From: Promethearchaeota archaeon
GTDB lineage: Archaea > Asgardarchaeota > Heimdallarchaeia > Hodarchaeales > Hodarchaeaceae
DNA length: 64,000 nt
NCBI GenBank assembly: GCA_048938105.1
Contig: JBHLMN010000006.1
Coordinates: forward strand, 128,001 to 192,000
Direction: 5' to 3'
The position numbers were made by a program, and so were the translations under genes. Shown piece after piece: positions 51,173 to 61,244 of the stretch. The notes below the pieces were generated by a model. It was not told where the DNA came from and did not search any database. It was given only the letters and a program-made list of their open reading frames with translations. How positions within the stretch are numbered: the stretch's first letter is position 1; each line of letters opens with the position of its first letter.

Positions 51173-52830
51173 GTCTCGTGCCTCGCGGTGGTGGTGGTTT
51201 CCGAGGCGGGGGTTTTGGTGGTGGCGGTTTTCGTGGTGGGGGATTCAGAGGAGGTTCACGTGGTTTTCGAGTAGGAAGTGTTCGCTCATCTGGTCGTCCT
51301 TTTGGCCGCACAGGTGCCCGGCGAACTGTATCACGAGCTCCAATGGGGAGAAGTTATCATAGACCTCATCATCGACGTTATTGGGGTGGTTATTGGCGAC
51401 CTTGGTGGAGAAGGCCATGGCATTGGTATTGGTGGTGGGGGCGTCCTTGGAGGCCTTGGTATTATGGTCCAGTTTACTGGGGTGGTGGATTAATTCTTGC
51501 AATAGTTGCATTATTAATTTTTCTTCCACTTATTGGAGTAGCTTTCTGGTTCCCCTTTACTAATGCTTCTTCAAGTGGTATTGTAACCTATTCTGATACT
51601 CAGACATTATACTACAATGAATATTGGTATGAGAAAGAGTATTTATCTCAAGGTCAGACTATTGAATACCGTATCGAATCTAAAAGCGAAGTAACCTTCA
51701 TAATTTGGAACCAACCATTTGAGAATTTTAACACAAAGACTTTATTGGGTAATTACAGCGAAAAAGGTATGGTTGTTCAAGGTAATCATGATTATCAATA
51801 TATTGGTTACTTTCTGAAACCTGGTTCTCGACTAGATTATCAATTTAATGTCACCATAGGAGGACCCATTGAATTCTTCGTCACAGATGCTAACGATTTG
51901 AATCGTTGGAATAACTGGGAAACTATCACCCCTAAAGATTCCTATTTAGGATCTCTTGAATATAGTGGTGGAGTTGACATCATTGATGCTCAGGATTATT
52001 ACCTTGTGTGGTATAATAGTGGATCAAATCCTGTTACAATTGACTACACTGTTGAATATTCTGCAGTGGGTGCATTCGACTTCAGTGAAGCACCTGTAGT
52101 TGAAAGTGATGTGGTTGAACCTGTATCCGGTTCACTATCAGTTCCTTCCAGTAGCGATTGGTACTTCTTTGTATACTTTGATCCTTTTGTTAATCCAGCA
52201 GAATCAGTTGATATTACCTTTGATGTCTCCTATCATACCGAAGTGACTTATGATCAGAAATGGAAAGATTTTACACCAGTTCTACTTCTAATTGGTTTTA
52301 TAATTGTTGTTTTACTGGTTATTGCTATTATTCAACGAAAAACAGCTAAAAAAACTCCCCCGACTGAGACTGTAGCTGCAGCGACCACAACTCCTACAAC
52401 GACCGAAACCGTTCCAGTATCAACAGCGAAGAAATGTCATCGCTGTAATTCACCTTCTAAACCTGGTGATGTCTTTTGTGTAAATTGTGGTGCAAAATTA
52501 ACAGGAAGAGATTACGGTGTTTCAACAATAACCACACCAGCTTCCGCTAAAAACTGTCAAAGCTGTGGTCAGCCCATTATTCCAGGAAGTCGCTTCTGTA
52601 AATACTGCGGTGCTAAGATAGAACAGGAACCCAAGCCACATAAATATTTCCCTGATGAAAGAGAGGCCTTTTTCTGCCAATTAGATAACGAAAAGCACCC
52701 CTCAACTGATTCAGCTTACGAATGCGATCAATGTGCGCGAAAGGTCTGTGGTGACTGTTATGATAATATTACTAAAACAGGCGTAACTCGTTGTCCCTAT
52801 TGTAAAGGAGAGTTGTATAAGATCCAGTGA
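51169..52830 (+). CDS. Two-pass membrane protein: RGG tail, beta-sandwich ectodomain, double zinc ribbon, RING-like finger
   Basis: RGGG/FRGG repeats, two TM helices, CHRC..CVNC, CQSC..CKYC, terminal CDQC..CGDC..CPYC; ATGA overlap with CBS gene. Confidence 0.88.
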   Translation: MSLVPRGGGGFRGGGFGGGGFRGGGFRGGSRGFRVGSVRSSGRPFGRTGARRTVSRAPMGRSYHRPHHRRYWGGYWRPWWRRPWHWYWWWGRPWRPWYYGPVYWGGGLILAIVALLIFLPLIGVAFWFPFTNASSSGIVTYSDTQTLYYNEYWYEKEYLSQGQTIEYRIESKSEVTFIIWNQPFENFNTKTLLGNYSEKGMVVQGNHDYQYIGYFLKPGSRLDYQFNVTIGGPIEFFVTDANDLNRWNNWETITPKDSYLGSLEYSGGVDIIDAQDYYLVWYNSGSNPVTIDYTVEYSAVGAFDFSEAPVVESDVVEPVSGSLSVPSSSDWYFFVYFDPFVNPAESVDITFDVSYHTEVTYDQKWKDFTPVLLLIGFIIVVLLVIAIIQRKTAKKTPPTETVAAATTTPTTTETVPVSTAKKCHRCNSPSKPGDVFCVNCGAKLTGRDYGVSTITTPASAKNCQSCGQPIIPGSRFCKYCGAKIEQEPKPHKYFPDEREAFFCQLDNEKHPSTDSAYECDQCARKVCGDCYDNITKTGVTRCPYCKGELYKIQ

Positions 52831-52880
52831 TTTACTACAATCCCCCCTTTACATTTACTTTCCCCATTCTTCAATATTTT

Positions 52881-53852
52881 TTATCTCATTTCAGGAATAA
52901 GATGTGGTGGGTGTTCTCCTCGATGCATCGCAAGAACATTAATTGCTACCATTTCGGCCATTGCATTACGGGCCTGAGTTGTTGCAGATCCAATATGCGG
53001 AGTCAGTACAACATTCTGTAACTCTCTTAGTTCTGCTGGAATAGACGGTTCATTATAAAATACATCTAATCCCGCTCCTGCAATAACCTTGTTTTTCAAT
53101 GCGATTATCAGATCTTTTTCATTGACTACCCTACCTCGAGATGTGTTGATAAGATAAGCAGAGGATTTCATTAAAGATAGTTCATCTTTAGATATCAAGT
53201 GATGGGTTTTTGGTGTGTACGGAACATTTAGACTTACTATATCAGCCTCCTTAAGCACTTCTTCAAAAGTATTTTTGAAAATTAAACCGTATTGATCCTC
53301 AATATCATGTTTACGAGTTCTCGAATGATAAAGAACCTTCATATCAAAACCAACTGCTCGTTTTATTACAGCGATCCCGATACGACCTAAACCTATTATC
53401 CCGAGAGTTTTTCCAGTAATCTCAAACCCAAGCAGATATTCTGGTAACCAACCTGGGAAATCATTATTACGGCAAATCCTATCTCCTTCAACAATTCTAC
53501 GGGTTATTGCGAGAATTAATCCCCAAATTAGATCAGCAGTTGCATTTGTTAATACACCAGGAGTGTTGGTAACGAGAATATTTCTTCTTTTAGCTGCATC
53601 GATATCAATATTGTTGTATCCTACAGCATAATTCGCAATTCCTTTAAGAGAAGGTGCTAGATCCATCAAGCTTTCTGTTATCTCAACAGATAAGAGAGGG
53701 ATCAGAAAGTCAACTGTTGGCAGTACTTTTTGAAGCTGAGTGGGTATTGGAAGCTGTTCATCCAAAATCTCCACTTCCATTATTTCGCTAAGGATCTTCA
53801 GACCTATTTCAGGGATTCTATGAGTACAAAGTACTTTTGAACGTGAAACCAT
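52881..53852 (-). CDS. gyaR: Glyoxylate reductase / D-2-hydroxyacid dehydrogenase
   Basis: GLGRIG, INTSRG, LDVFYNEP, TPHIGSAT. Confidence 0.9.
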   Translation of the reverse strand: MVSRSKVLCTHRIPEIGLKILSEIMEVEILDEQLPIPTQLQKVLPTVDFLIPLLSVEITESLMDLAPSLKGIANYAVGYNNIDIDAAKRRNILVTNTPGVLTNATADLIWGLILAITRRIVEGDRICRNNDFPGWLPEYLLGFEITGKTLGIIGLGRIGIAVIKRAVGFDMKVLYHSRTRKHDIEDQYGLIFKNTFEEVLKEADIVSLNVPYTPKTHHLISKDELSLMKSSAYLINTSRGRVVNEKDLIIALKNKVIAGAGLDVFYNEPSIPAELRELQNVVLTPHIGSATTQARNAMAEMVAINVLAMHRGEHPPHLIPEMR

Positions 53853-54064
53853 TCAAACCACTAATTTTCTTCCTTTTACTTAGCTTTAGAGCTTTTTATT
53901 AATTATTTCTAGGAATTATGTAGTTTAATATTCAGAATTTATGTTTTAGTCATTAAAATTTAGTTTTCAAAACAAAATTATTTACTACCACTTTCCATAA
54001 TCGGTAGATAAGTTTTTGTAGATCTTGATGGAGTCATCTTGGACAGTGGATGGTTTGTAAGTAA

Positions 54065-54877
54065 TTGCATAAAGTTGTTCTATTCATCCTGATTTTGACC
54101 TTTGTTATGATTTCAAGAGGAAGTGGAAAGAATGAATTCCCTATAAACGCTTGCCCTTTTTCTCTAGGGGACAGAGCAGAGTATGAGATTTGGGGAGAAT
54201 GGCAAGGAAAGGATCGTGCATTAAACCATGGAAATAATACTGGGCTACAGAAATTTATCACGTTAAATAGGACTCAATCACATATTTTGATTTATGAGAC
54301 CAAATCAGAAAAAATCAGGGGAATATTTGAAGGAATGCTTAAGACATGGTTGGTTGAGGCTAGTTCTTACTGGATCTATGATGTTACATCACGAAATCTA
54401 GAAGGAACTGATTCCTACGCCTGGTTGTGGATCCGCGCCACCGATATTGGAAAAGAAAATCCTAGGATTGAAATTTTCGATTTGATTTTTCAAATAACTG
54501 GTACAAAGGAGTTCTTTTATTTTGGACAAATGAGAAGCGCTTGGGTTGCTACTTATAATAAATTCCTGGACGATCCGATAAATGCTCTTCATGTAATTAG
54601 TTACGAATTTTGGTTTGACATTAAAACTGGATTGATGTTATATTATGTTGTTAGACTTAATGCTTTTGATTTGCAAGGCAGATTGGTCGAATGGTCTTAT
54701 TACTCAACTAGATTGAACTTTACAACAGTTAATCTCAATTCAAGCTATTTATTTAATGAGAAAAATGGAATCTCAGAAAATACACCAACAATACTCTTGT
54801 ATCCAGTTTCAATCATTACCTGTTCACTGATTTTGATATTCATTCGCTTGATACGAAAAGGGAAGGATAGTATGTAA
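54065..54877 (+). CDS. Secreted, C-terminally anchored hypothetical protein
   Basis: N-terminal hydrophobic stretch, beta-rich core, C-terminal TM and basic tail. Confidence 0.75.
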   Translation: MHKVVLFILILTFVMISRGSGKNEFPINACPFSLGDRAEYEIWGEWQGKDRALNHGNNTGLQKFITLNRTQSHILIYETKSEKIRGIFEGMLKTWLVEASSYWIYDVTSRNLEGTDSYAWLWIRATDIGKENPRIEIFDLIFQITGTKEFFYFGQMRSAWVATYNKFLDDPINALHVISYEFWFDIKTGLMLYYVVRLNAFDLQGRLVEWSYYSTRLNFTTVNLNSSYLFNEKNGISENTPTILLYPVSIITCSLILIFIRLIRKGKDSM

Positions 54878-54921
54878 ATGATGGAGCTAGATCCATGAAT
54901 CTTTTCGCATTATAACGTATT

Positions 54922-56037
54922 TTATTCAAGATAAACTGCTATTTCTTCTAGGTCAGTGAAACTTGGGATCCTCATATTTTGCATTCTACAGTATTCTTGC
55001 AGTCGTAAATCAAGTTCATTAGTTTTTTTTAATATCTCTTGGAAATTATTTCGGTTTATATCCTCCATAAGATCAGGTAATCTTAATTGATTGTAGTATG
55101 CCTTAATTTCCTCAAAAAAATTGAAGCTATCAACATTTACGATAAGCTTTCCCTCATATTGAGCGAGTTCTTCTGCAATCCATATTTGGAGTTCTGTTGC
55201 AGCATAACAGACAGCAAGGATATCCCTCTTATGACAAGCAGATAAGATTTTATTGATATATGCCTTCATGCTAATATAATTGTTACAAAATGCCTTTTTT
55301 TTATTAGCTTTGATTATCAACTCTTGTTGTTTTTTTAATACTAGTTGTCTTAGGTTATGTAACAATTCTCGCCCTAAGGTTATCATTTCATCAAAATTCT
55401 TAGTTGTACTAAGATTTGTTACCAATTTTGAATAATTAGCAGGCAGGATTGGAAAATGAAAGACCTCATGTAAATTTGATCCCCAATTTTTTGTTAAAAA
55501 GGAATTGTTAATTAGGGAGAGGTTTTTGACCGATTTATTAATTAGTTGCCAAATAGCCCACCGAGCAGAGAGAAGATCATTGTTCTTCTTAGCCAGTATA
55601 ATTTCTTCAAGGTGAGAATATCCAGAATTGAAATTCTTTACTATTTGCTTAAAATTTTCTTCTTCATTACGTTTAGTTTTCTCAACCAATGAATTAAAAC
55701 GGGTTTCATCAGAAGAAGACCGCGTATAAAGCACTTTGCTGTTATTGAATAGGGCTGCTGACACGGCCCAAGGACTACTGTTTTGCATTCCTGAAGCTAT
55801 TAATTCAGCTTGTTTCCAATCCATTTTCCAGAAATCAACCGTATGACCTTGAAACATGAACTCCCAGGGTAAATTAGACTCTTTTTGACTATCAACGATT
55901 GCGAACATATCTAGATCAGAAAACTCATTATCGATTGCTTGAGCAGTAGATCCATAAAGAACAACTATAGCTATCTCATTAGGAAAAAGTTTTACAGCTT
56001 GATCTTTAAGAAATCCTGCTAATTCTATTAATTTCAT
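54922..56037 (-). CDS. Pol-beta-like nucleotidyltransferase (KNTase-like)
   Basis: LYGSTA...FSDLDM followed by helical domains. Confidence 0.85.
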   Translation of the reverse strand: MKLIELAGFLKDQAVKLFPNEIAIVVLYGSTAQAIDNEFSDLDMFAIVDSQKESNLPWEFMFQGHTVDFWKMDWKQAELIASGMQNSSPWAVSAALFNNSKVLYTRSSSDETRFNSLVEKTKRNEEENFKQIVKNFNSGYSHLEEIILAKKNNDLLSARWAIWQLINKSVKNLSLINNSFLTKNWGSNLHEVFHFPILPANYSKLVTNLSTTKNFDEMITLGRELLHNLRQLVLKKQQELIIKANKKKAFCNNYISMKAYINKILSACHKRDILAVCYAATELQIWIAEELAQYEGKLIVNVDSFNFFEEIKAYYNQLRLPDLMEDINRNNFQEILKKTNELDLRLQEYCRMQNMRIPSFTDLEEIAVYLE

Positions 56038-56052
56038 ATGACTCCCAAGTGT

Positions 56053-57615
56053 TCATTTCTCCTTTGAAGAAAAGACTTTTGTTCCTCCAACAATAGTATG
56101 TTCTATCAAATTATCATTTAACTGTGATGGGTCTATTTCTAGAGGAGATTTTGACAGAATCATGAAATCTGCATATTTCCCTTCCGTTATACTGCCCAAT
56201 TTAGAACCCATGAATAGTGCTTGGGCGTTATTAATTGTATATGCTTGAATTGCCTTATCAATAGATATTTTTACTTCAGGTGAGGGAAAACTAATTGCCT
56301 GTTTTATGCCATATAAAGGAGAAAGAGGCATATTATCCGAACCAAAATAGACCTTCATTCCGTTTTGAAGGATTACAGCAAATCGATTTAATTTCATAAA
56401 ACGTTCTTTTCCCAGGCGTTGTTCATAAAGTTCGCCTGGATATTCCCATTTAAGAAAATTAGGTTGCATAGAGAGAAGAATTCCTAATTTTTTAGCTTTC
56501 TGTATCTGATTATCATTAACCATTTCAGCGGGTTCTATGCGATGTTGACGAAACGAGGTATTCTTTCCAGCTTCCTTAATTCCTTTCTCATAACAAATAA
56601 GGAGTTTATCTATAGCTAGATCACCAATCGCATGAATACACAAAGTAAAATCATTTTTTTCAGCTAAAATTACTTGGGAAATAAGTTCATCTTCATTCAA
56701 AAACTGGTCTCCGTTCCCTTCTGCATCTTGATATGGAAGATTGATCAAAGCAGTGTACGCGCCGAGTGCTCCATCAAAAAATCCCTTAAAACCTGAAAAT
56801 CGTACTTTAGAGGAACCCCAATTTTGAGTAAGTCCAAGTTGTGCAAATTCAGTTATCAATTCACGAGATGGGTTTAAAAAAATACGGATTGGTAATTTTC
56901 CTTCCAAATCAAGATTAAAATATGCCTGCATAATGTTTTTTTGGCCGTCGGGTATAATTGTGAGATTATCTACCACACTAGTTATACCCTTGGAAGCAGC
57001 GATAAAAGCTGATTTTTCTATGCTCTCTGGAATAAGGTGTTTATAGTATCGTGAAAGATCTAACCAGACATCTTTCAAAATTCCAGTTGGTCTTCCTGAG
57101 GAATCTTTTACGACACCAGGATGAGATTCGGATATTGGTAATTTCTCTAATGCAAGTGAATTTACGACCACTAAATGTCCATCTTCTCGATGCGTGTATA
57201 AAGGATTTTCGGGACTAATTGCATCTAGATCTTCTTGTTTCAGAAACTCTTTTCGATCTTGCCATTTTGATTCGTCCCAATTCGAAGCAAATACCCATTC
57301 TCCTGGTTCTCTTGTTTTAACTTCAGTTTCTAATTTTTTTATTACATCCTCATAAGTTTTGAAAGAACCTAGATCAATGGAAATGACTTTTGCTTCTTTC
57401 CATAAGTGTGTGTGAAGGTCAATGAAACCGGGGATGATAGCTTTTCCTCCCGCATCCCAAGAAGAAATAGCTTTTTCCAAGATTTGTGATTTAAATTCTC
57501 CAATATAAGTAAATTCATTGCCTTTAATTCCTAATGTTTCAGCTAATTCTTTATCTGAGTCCATCGTGATAATGTTAGCATTATAAATTACCCAATCATA
57601 ATATTTAGCAGACAT
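56053..57615 (-). CDS. YtcJ-like amidohydrolase (Amidohydro_3)
   Basis: PGFIDLHTH, DGHLVVVNS, KGFFDGALG, IHAIGD, FGSD. Confidence 0.92.
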   Translation of the reverse strand: MSAKYYDWVIYNANIITMDSDKELAETLGIKGNEFTYIGEFKSQILEKAISSWDAGGKAIIPGFIDLHTHLWKEAKVISIDLGSFKTYEDVIKKLETEVKTREPGEWVFASNWDESKWQDRKEFLKQEDLDAISPENPLYTHREDGHLVVVNSLALEKLPISESHPGVVKDSSGRPTGILKDVWLDLSRYYKHLIPESIEKSAFIAASKGITSVVDNLTIIPDGQKNIMQAYFNLDLEGKLPIRIFLNPSRELITEFAQLGLTQNWGSSKVRFSGFKGFFDGALGAYTALINLPYQDAEGNGDQFLNEDELISQVILAEKNDFTLCIHAIGDLAIDKLLICYEKGIKEAGKNTSFRQHRIEPAEMVNDNQIQKAKKLGILLSMQPNFLKWEYPGELYEQRLGKERFMKLNRFAVILQNGMKVYFGSDNMPLSPLYGIKQAISFPSPEVKISIDKAIQAYTINNAQALFMGSKLGSITEGKYADFMILSKSPLEIDPSQLNDNLIEHTIVGGTKVFSSKEK

Positions 57616-57751
57616 TCGACCTCAATTTCCTTTTTATAGACATGAAGAGTCATATTAAATGTGGTTTTCTTTTTAACAAAGCTCAGATAAATGGACTTTG
57701 AAAAGACAAATATAGGACATAAATCCCTGCTTTAGATTATATTCAAGCGGT

Positions 57752-58810
57752 GTGTACTCATTCATGGCAAAACAAACAATAAATGACCAAATTGTCGAAC
57801 TCGACATGGGACAAGGTGGGAAAAAAATGGATATCTTATTAGACTTCATTACAGCTCGAATTGAAATCAAAAGAACCCCAAAAGGTGTAGGCGTTGAGGC
57901 TTTTGATGATGGCGCAATTATCCCTTTTGATGTCACTTCCACTGACTTAGTTATTACTACTGATTCTTATACAGTTTCTCCTCTTTTCTTTCGTGGTGGG
58001 AACATTGGAACATTAGCTGCAGCAGGCACAATTAATGATTTATTAATGATGGGAGCAAAACCTCTCGCAATTACACTGGCATTAATTATCAAAGAGGGAT
58101 TCAAGTTCTCTAGTTTAGGAAAAATTGTTGATACAATTTCGGAAATTACTTCTCGATATAATATTGGTATTGTTGCAGGCGATACTAAAGTTCTTCCTCA
58201 AGCTACAATGGTTGAAGCGGGAATTTTCATTAATACCACAGGGATTGGAATGATTCAAGCGGGAAAACGAATCATGGATAGATCTGTTCATCCTGGTGAC
58301 AAAATTATTGCTTCTGGTACTTTAGGGGATCATGGTTTTGCGATGTTAGTTAGCCGAGAAGGGATTGAACTTGAAACCAATCTCAGCTCTGATGTTGCAC
58401 CTCTAAACAATTTAATCGCACCTATTCTTGAATATCGTATTCATGCCATGAAAGATCCAACACGAGGAGGTTTAACGTCAGTACTAGTAGAATGGGCTGA
58501 AAAATCCTCTGTTTCTATTTGGATTGACGAAAATCAAATACCTATATCTGAAGAAGTCCAAATAGTATCAGAAATTTTTGGTATAGATCCTTTGAATGTC
58601 TCCTGTGAAGGAAAAGCCATCATCGCAGTCCATCCTGATGATGCTAAAACAGTTCTTCAAATTTTGAAATCTTCCTCCCTTGGTCAAAATGCTGCGATAA
58701 TCGGTGAGGCAAAAAAAGAAAGAAAAGGACAAGTATTCATGAAAACAGCTATTGGAGGACATAGAATTCTTGACAAACCAGTAGGGGAACCCATTCCCCG
58801 AGTATGCTGA
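57752..58810 (+). CDS. hypE: Hydrogenase maturation carbamoyl dehydratase HypE (start may be ATG 57764)
   Basis: TTDSYTVSPLFF.GG.IG, GDTKV, DPTRGG, C-terminal PRVC. Confidence 0.95.
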   Translation: MYSFMAKQTINDQIVELDMGQGGKKMDILLDFITARIEIKRTPKGVGVEAFDDGAIIPFDVTSTDLVITTDSYTVSPLFFRGGNIGTLAAAGTINDLLMMGAKPLAITLALIIKEGFKFSSLGKIVDTISEITSRYNIGIVAGDTKVLPQATMVEAGIFINTTGIGMIQAGKRIMDRSVHPGDKIIASGTLGDHGFAMLVSREGIELETNLSSDVAPLNNLIAPILEYRIHAMKDPTRGGLTSVLVEWAEKSSVSIWIDENQIPISEEVQIVSEIFGIDPLNVSCEGKAIIAVHPDDAKTVLQILKSSSLGQNAAIIGEAKKERKGQVFMKTAIGGHRILDKPVGEPIPRVC

Positions 58811-58820
58811 TTAACTCAAT

Positions 58821-59078
58821 TTATGTGCCAGAGGTAGATGTTTCTTCTTTTTCTTCTAATTTCCAAATCTCTTCCCACATTGCAAGCGTTTCCATGGCTT
58901 CTTCTGGCTCCATTTTAGAAACAGCATATCCCGTATGAATTAAAATCCAGTCACCAACTTCGATCTTTTCAGGCATCAGTGCGATGCTTACTTCACGACA
59001 AACTCCTTTTCCAAAATCAGCTATAACAAGATTATCGTCAATATACTTCTTGACTTGAGCAGGAATTGCTAGACACAT
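58821..59078 (-). CDS. hypC: Hydrogenase maturation chaperone HypC
   Basis: MCLAIP, VGDWILIHTGYA. Confidence 0.96.
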   Translation of the reverse strand: MCLAIPAQVKKYIDDNLVIADFGKGVCREVSIALMPEKIEVGDWILIHTGYAVSKMEPEEAMETLAMWEEIWKLEEKEETSTSGT

Positions 59079-59171
59079 CTTAAGCTAATACATCCATTTA
59101 TCTAATCAGGTGAATAATCTCCTTTTTATGATTTAAATTTTGTTGTTTGATATTCTTACGTCAAAATCAAG

Positions 59172-59951
59172 TTACTCTTGAGGTGAATCAAGAACATTGA
59201 GAATTGTAGGAACATCAATCTGCTCAAAATCTATCCTTAACGATCGTAGCAATGCACCAAGTAAAATTCCTGCATACATCGGTAAATTGAGAAATGTTAT
59301 CCAATCTATTAACACCCATGTTGTAACATCTAAAGATAAATTATCTACTCCTTTCAGCACTAACCACGAAAAACAAGTGATGAAAGTAAATCCTATACAA
59401 CATGTTCCTAAGAAAAATATTAGTTGGGTTAATTCCAGAAGTTTTAACTCTTCTCCTTCGAACTGATCAAGTACGAGATTAATTCGTACAATCGCTTGAA
59501 TGAAGATGTATAGGAGGGAAGTAATCGCTGTAAAGTATACAAATAGCTCTATGTTTAAAGTAATAGTTAATAGGTAGATATTTGGTTTAATGGCAACTAG
59601 TGCGGCTGATCCTATGGCAGCACCGAAAATAGGTAATAAATATCTTTCAATTTCTCGTGAACGATTGAGAAATGCTGATAAATATGAATTTCCAACCTCA
59701 AGAAAAAGTAACCAAACGAAAAAATTAGTAATCAGAAATAGTTGGAGCTGAGCTGATGGGGGGAAAAAAACAGCTATGAAGAGAAGAAAAAATATCAATG
59801 TGCTAAAAAAGAACGTTATCGCGATATGAAGCATAGTTTTTTCCTCTTTCTGCCTATAATTTCTAAAGAATACTAGAAAATTAAGAAAAGACAGACTAGT
59901 TGTAAGAAACAAAGGTAAGGCTAATATTAGGATTTCTAACCAGCCAACCAT
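59172..59951 (-). CDS. Hypothetical ~7-TM membrane protein
   Basis: Hydrophobic helices throughout; TAATG overlap with upstream gene. Confidence 0.8.
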   Translation of the reverse strand: MVGWLEILILALPLFLTTSLSFLNFLVFFRNYRQKEEKTMLHIAITFFFSTLIFFLLFIAVFFPPSAQLQLFLITNFFVWLLFLEVGNSYLSAFLNRSREIERYLLPIFGAAIGSAALVAIKPNIYLLTITLNIELFVYFTAITSLLYIFIQAIVRINLVLDQFEGEELKLLELTQLIFFLGTCCIGFTFITCFSWLVLKGVDNLSLDVTTWVLIDWITFLNLPMYAGILLGALLRSLRIDFEQIDVPTILNVLDSPQE

Positions 59952-60157
59952 TAATAATACCCCTCTGATTTTTCTTCATTGAGACCTAACTCATGATATA
60001 TCCTAGCAGCGTACTCTTTCGCCCATAATTCTGTTCTTTCCTCAAGAACTTTTGCAGCTAAGACACTAACTTTTAAATTCAAAATTTTTGCATTTTTTTC
60101 CAGAATTTCTCTAGTTTTACTATTGATTCGTATGGATAATACCGTTGTTCGAGGCAT
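59951..60157 (-). CDS. Small ribbon-helix-helix-like DNA-binding protein (start ATG 60157 or GTG 60172)
   Basis: MPRTTVLSIRINSKTREILEKNA....VSVLAAKVLE. Confidence 0.7.
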   Translation of the reverse strand: MPRTTVLSIRINSKTREILEKNAKILNLKVSVLAAKVLEERTELWAKEYAARIYHELGLNEEKSEGYY

Positions 60158-60276
60158 AAGGAAATCTCTCACTTATAACAAAAGTAAACGTTGTACACGA
60201 GGAGTTATCAAGTCATCTAATAAATTTCTGTATTAATTGTATTCCTATAATGATCTCAATAGAAGGCATCTAACGT

Positions 60277-61236
60277 ATGGCGGATCTCATTATTAGTGTA
60301 GAAACAGATAACAGAACAGTAACACCTTCTTTTACTAATCGTATTCTGATCTGGATTTTAGCTATCCGAGCACCCTTTTTTACGGCTTCAATCGTTCCAC
60401 TTGTTCTTGGAATGGCGATTGCTTGGTATGATACGAAGATATTTAATCCTCTTTTAGGTCTCTTAACCCTCCTTGCAGGAGTTGCTATTCATGCCGGGAC
60501 TAATTTGGCTAATGATTATTTTGATCAACCCACAGATGATATAAATCAAAACTTTTCTCCATTCAACGGGGGATCACGTATGATTCAAAATAATGTTTTA
60601 TTACCCCGCCAGATTCGTCTTGCCTCAATTATTTGCTATTTTGTAGGTATTGTGACCTCTATCTTCATCATTACAAGCACTGGAGGAATTTTATTACTAT
60701 TCTTCTTAGGAATCGCTGTATTATTGGGTTTATTTTATACGGCTCTTCCTGTTCGGTTGAGTTACCATGGATTAGGAGAAATTGCCGTTTTTGTTGGATT
60801 TGGGCCATTAGGAGTGTTAAGTGCTTATTACATTCAATTAGGTGATATCAACTGGCCCTTAACATTGATAGCTTCTATTCCAATTGCTTTTTTGATAGCA
60901 ATGGTTCTTTTCATTAATGAATTTCAGGATATTGAAGCTGATCAGGAAGCAGGAAAGAGGACACTCGTTGTTGTATTGGGAAAAACTAGAGCAGTTAGAA
61001 TCTACATAATAGGTATGATTTGTGCTTATGTCTTCATTCTGATAGGAATCATTGGTGCAGTTTTTCCTGTTTTCCTTTTATTACCTTTTATCACGATTCC
61101 AATAGCAGCTAAAGCCATTCTAACAGCAAAAAGAAATTATATGTTAATAGAAGAGTTACAACCTGCTAATGCTACAACAATTCTTACTCATTTCACTTTT
61201 GGTATCATGATGGCACTAGCATTCATTTTAGCTTGA
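60277..61236 (+). CDS. menA: 1,4-dihydroxy-2-naphthoate prenyltransferase (UbiA family)
   Basis: NLANDYFD, GGSR, NEFQDIEAD..AGKRTL. Confidence 0.9.
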   Translation: MADLIISVETDNRTVTPSFTNRILIWILAIRAPFFTASIVPLVLGMAIAWYDTKIFNPLLGLLTLLAGVAIHAGTNLANDYFDQPTDDINQNFSPFNGGSRMIQNNVLLPRQIRLASIICYFVGIVTSIFIITSTGGILLLFFLGIAVLLGLFYTALPVRLSYHGLGEIAVFVGFGPLGVLSAYYIQLGDINWPLTLIASIPIAFLIAMVLFINEFQDIEADQEAGKRTLVVVLGKTRAVRIYIIGMICAYVFILIGIIGAVFPVFLLLPFITIPIAAKAILTAKRNYMLIEELQPANATTILTHFTFGIMMALAFILA

Positions 61237-61244
61237 AAAACAAT

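Noticed and set aside
51120-51563. Several short overlapping ORFs in the G-rich segment
   Set aside because: Arise from the lack of stop codons in low-complexity GC-rich coding DNA
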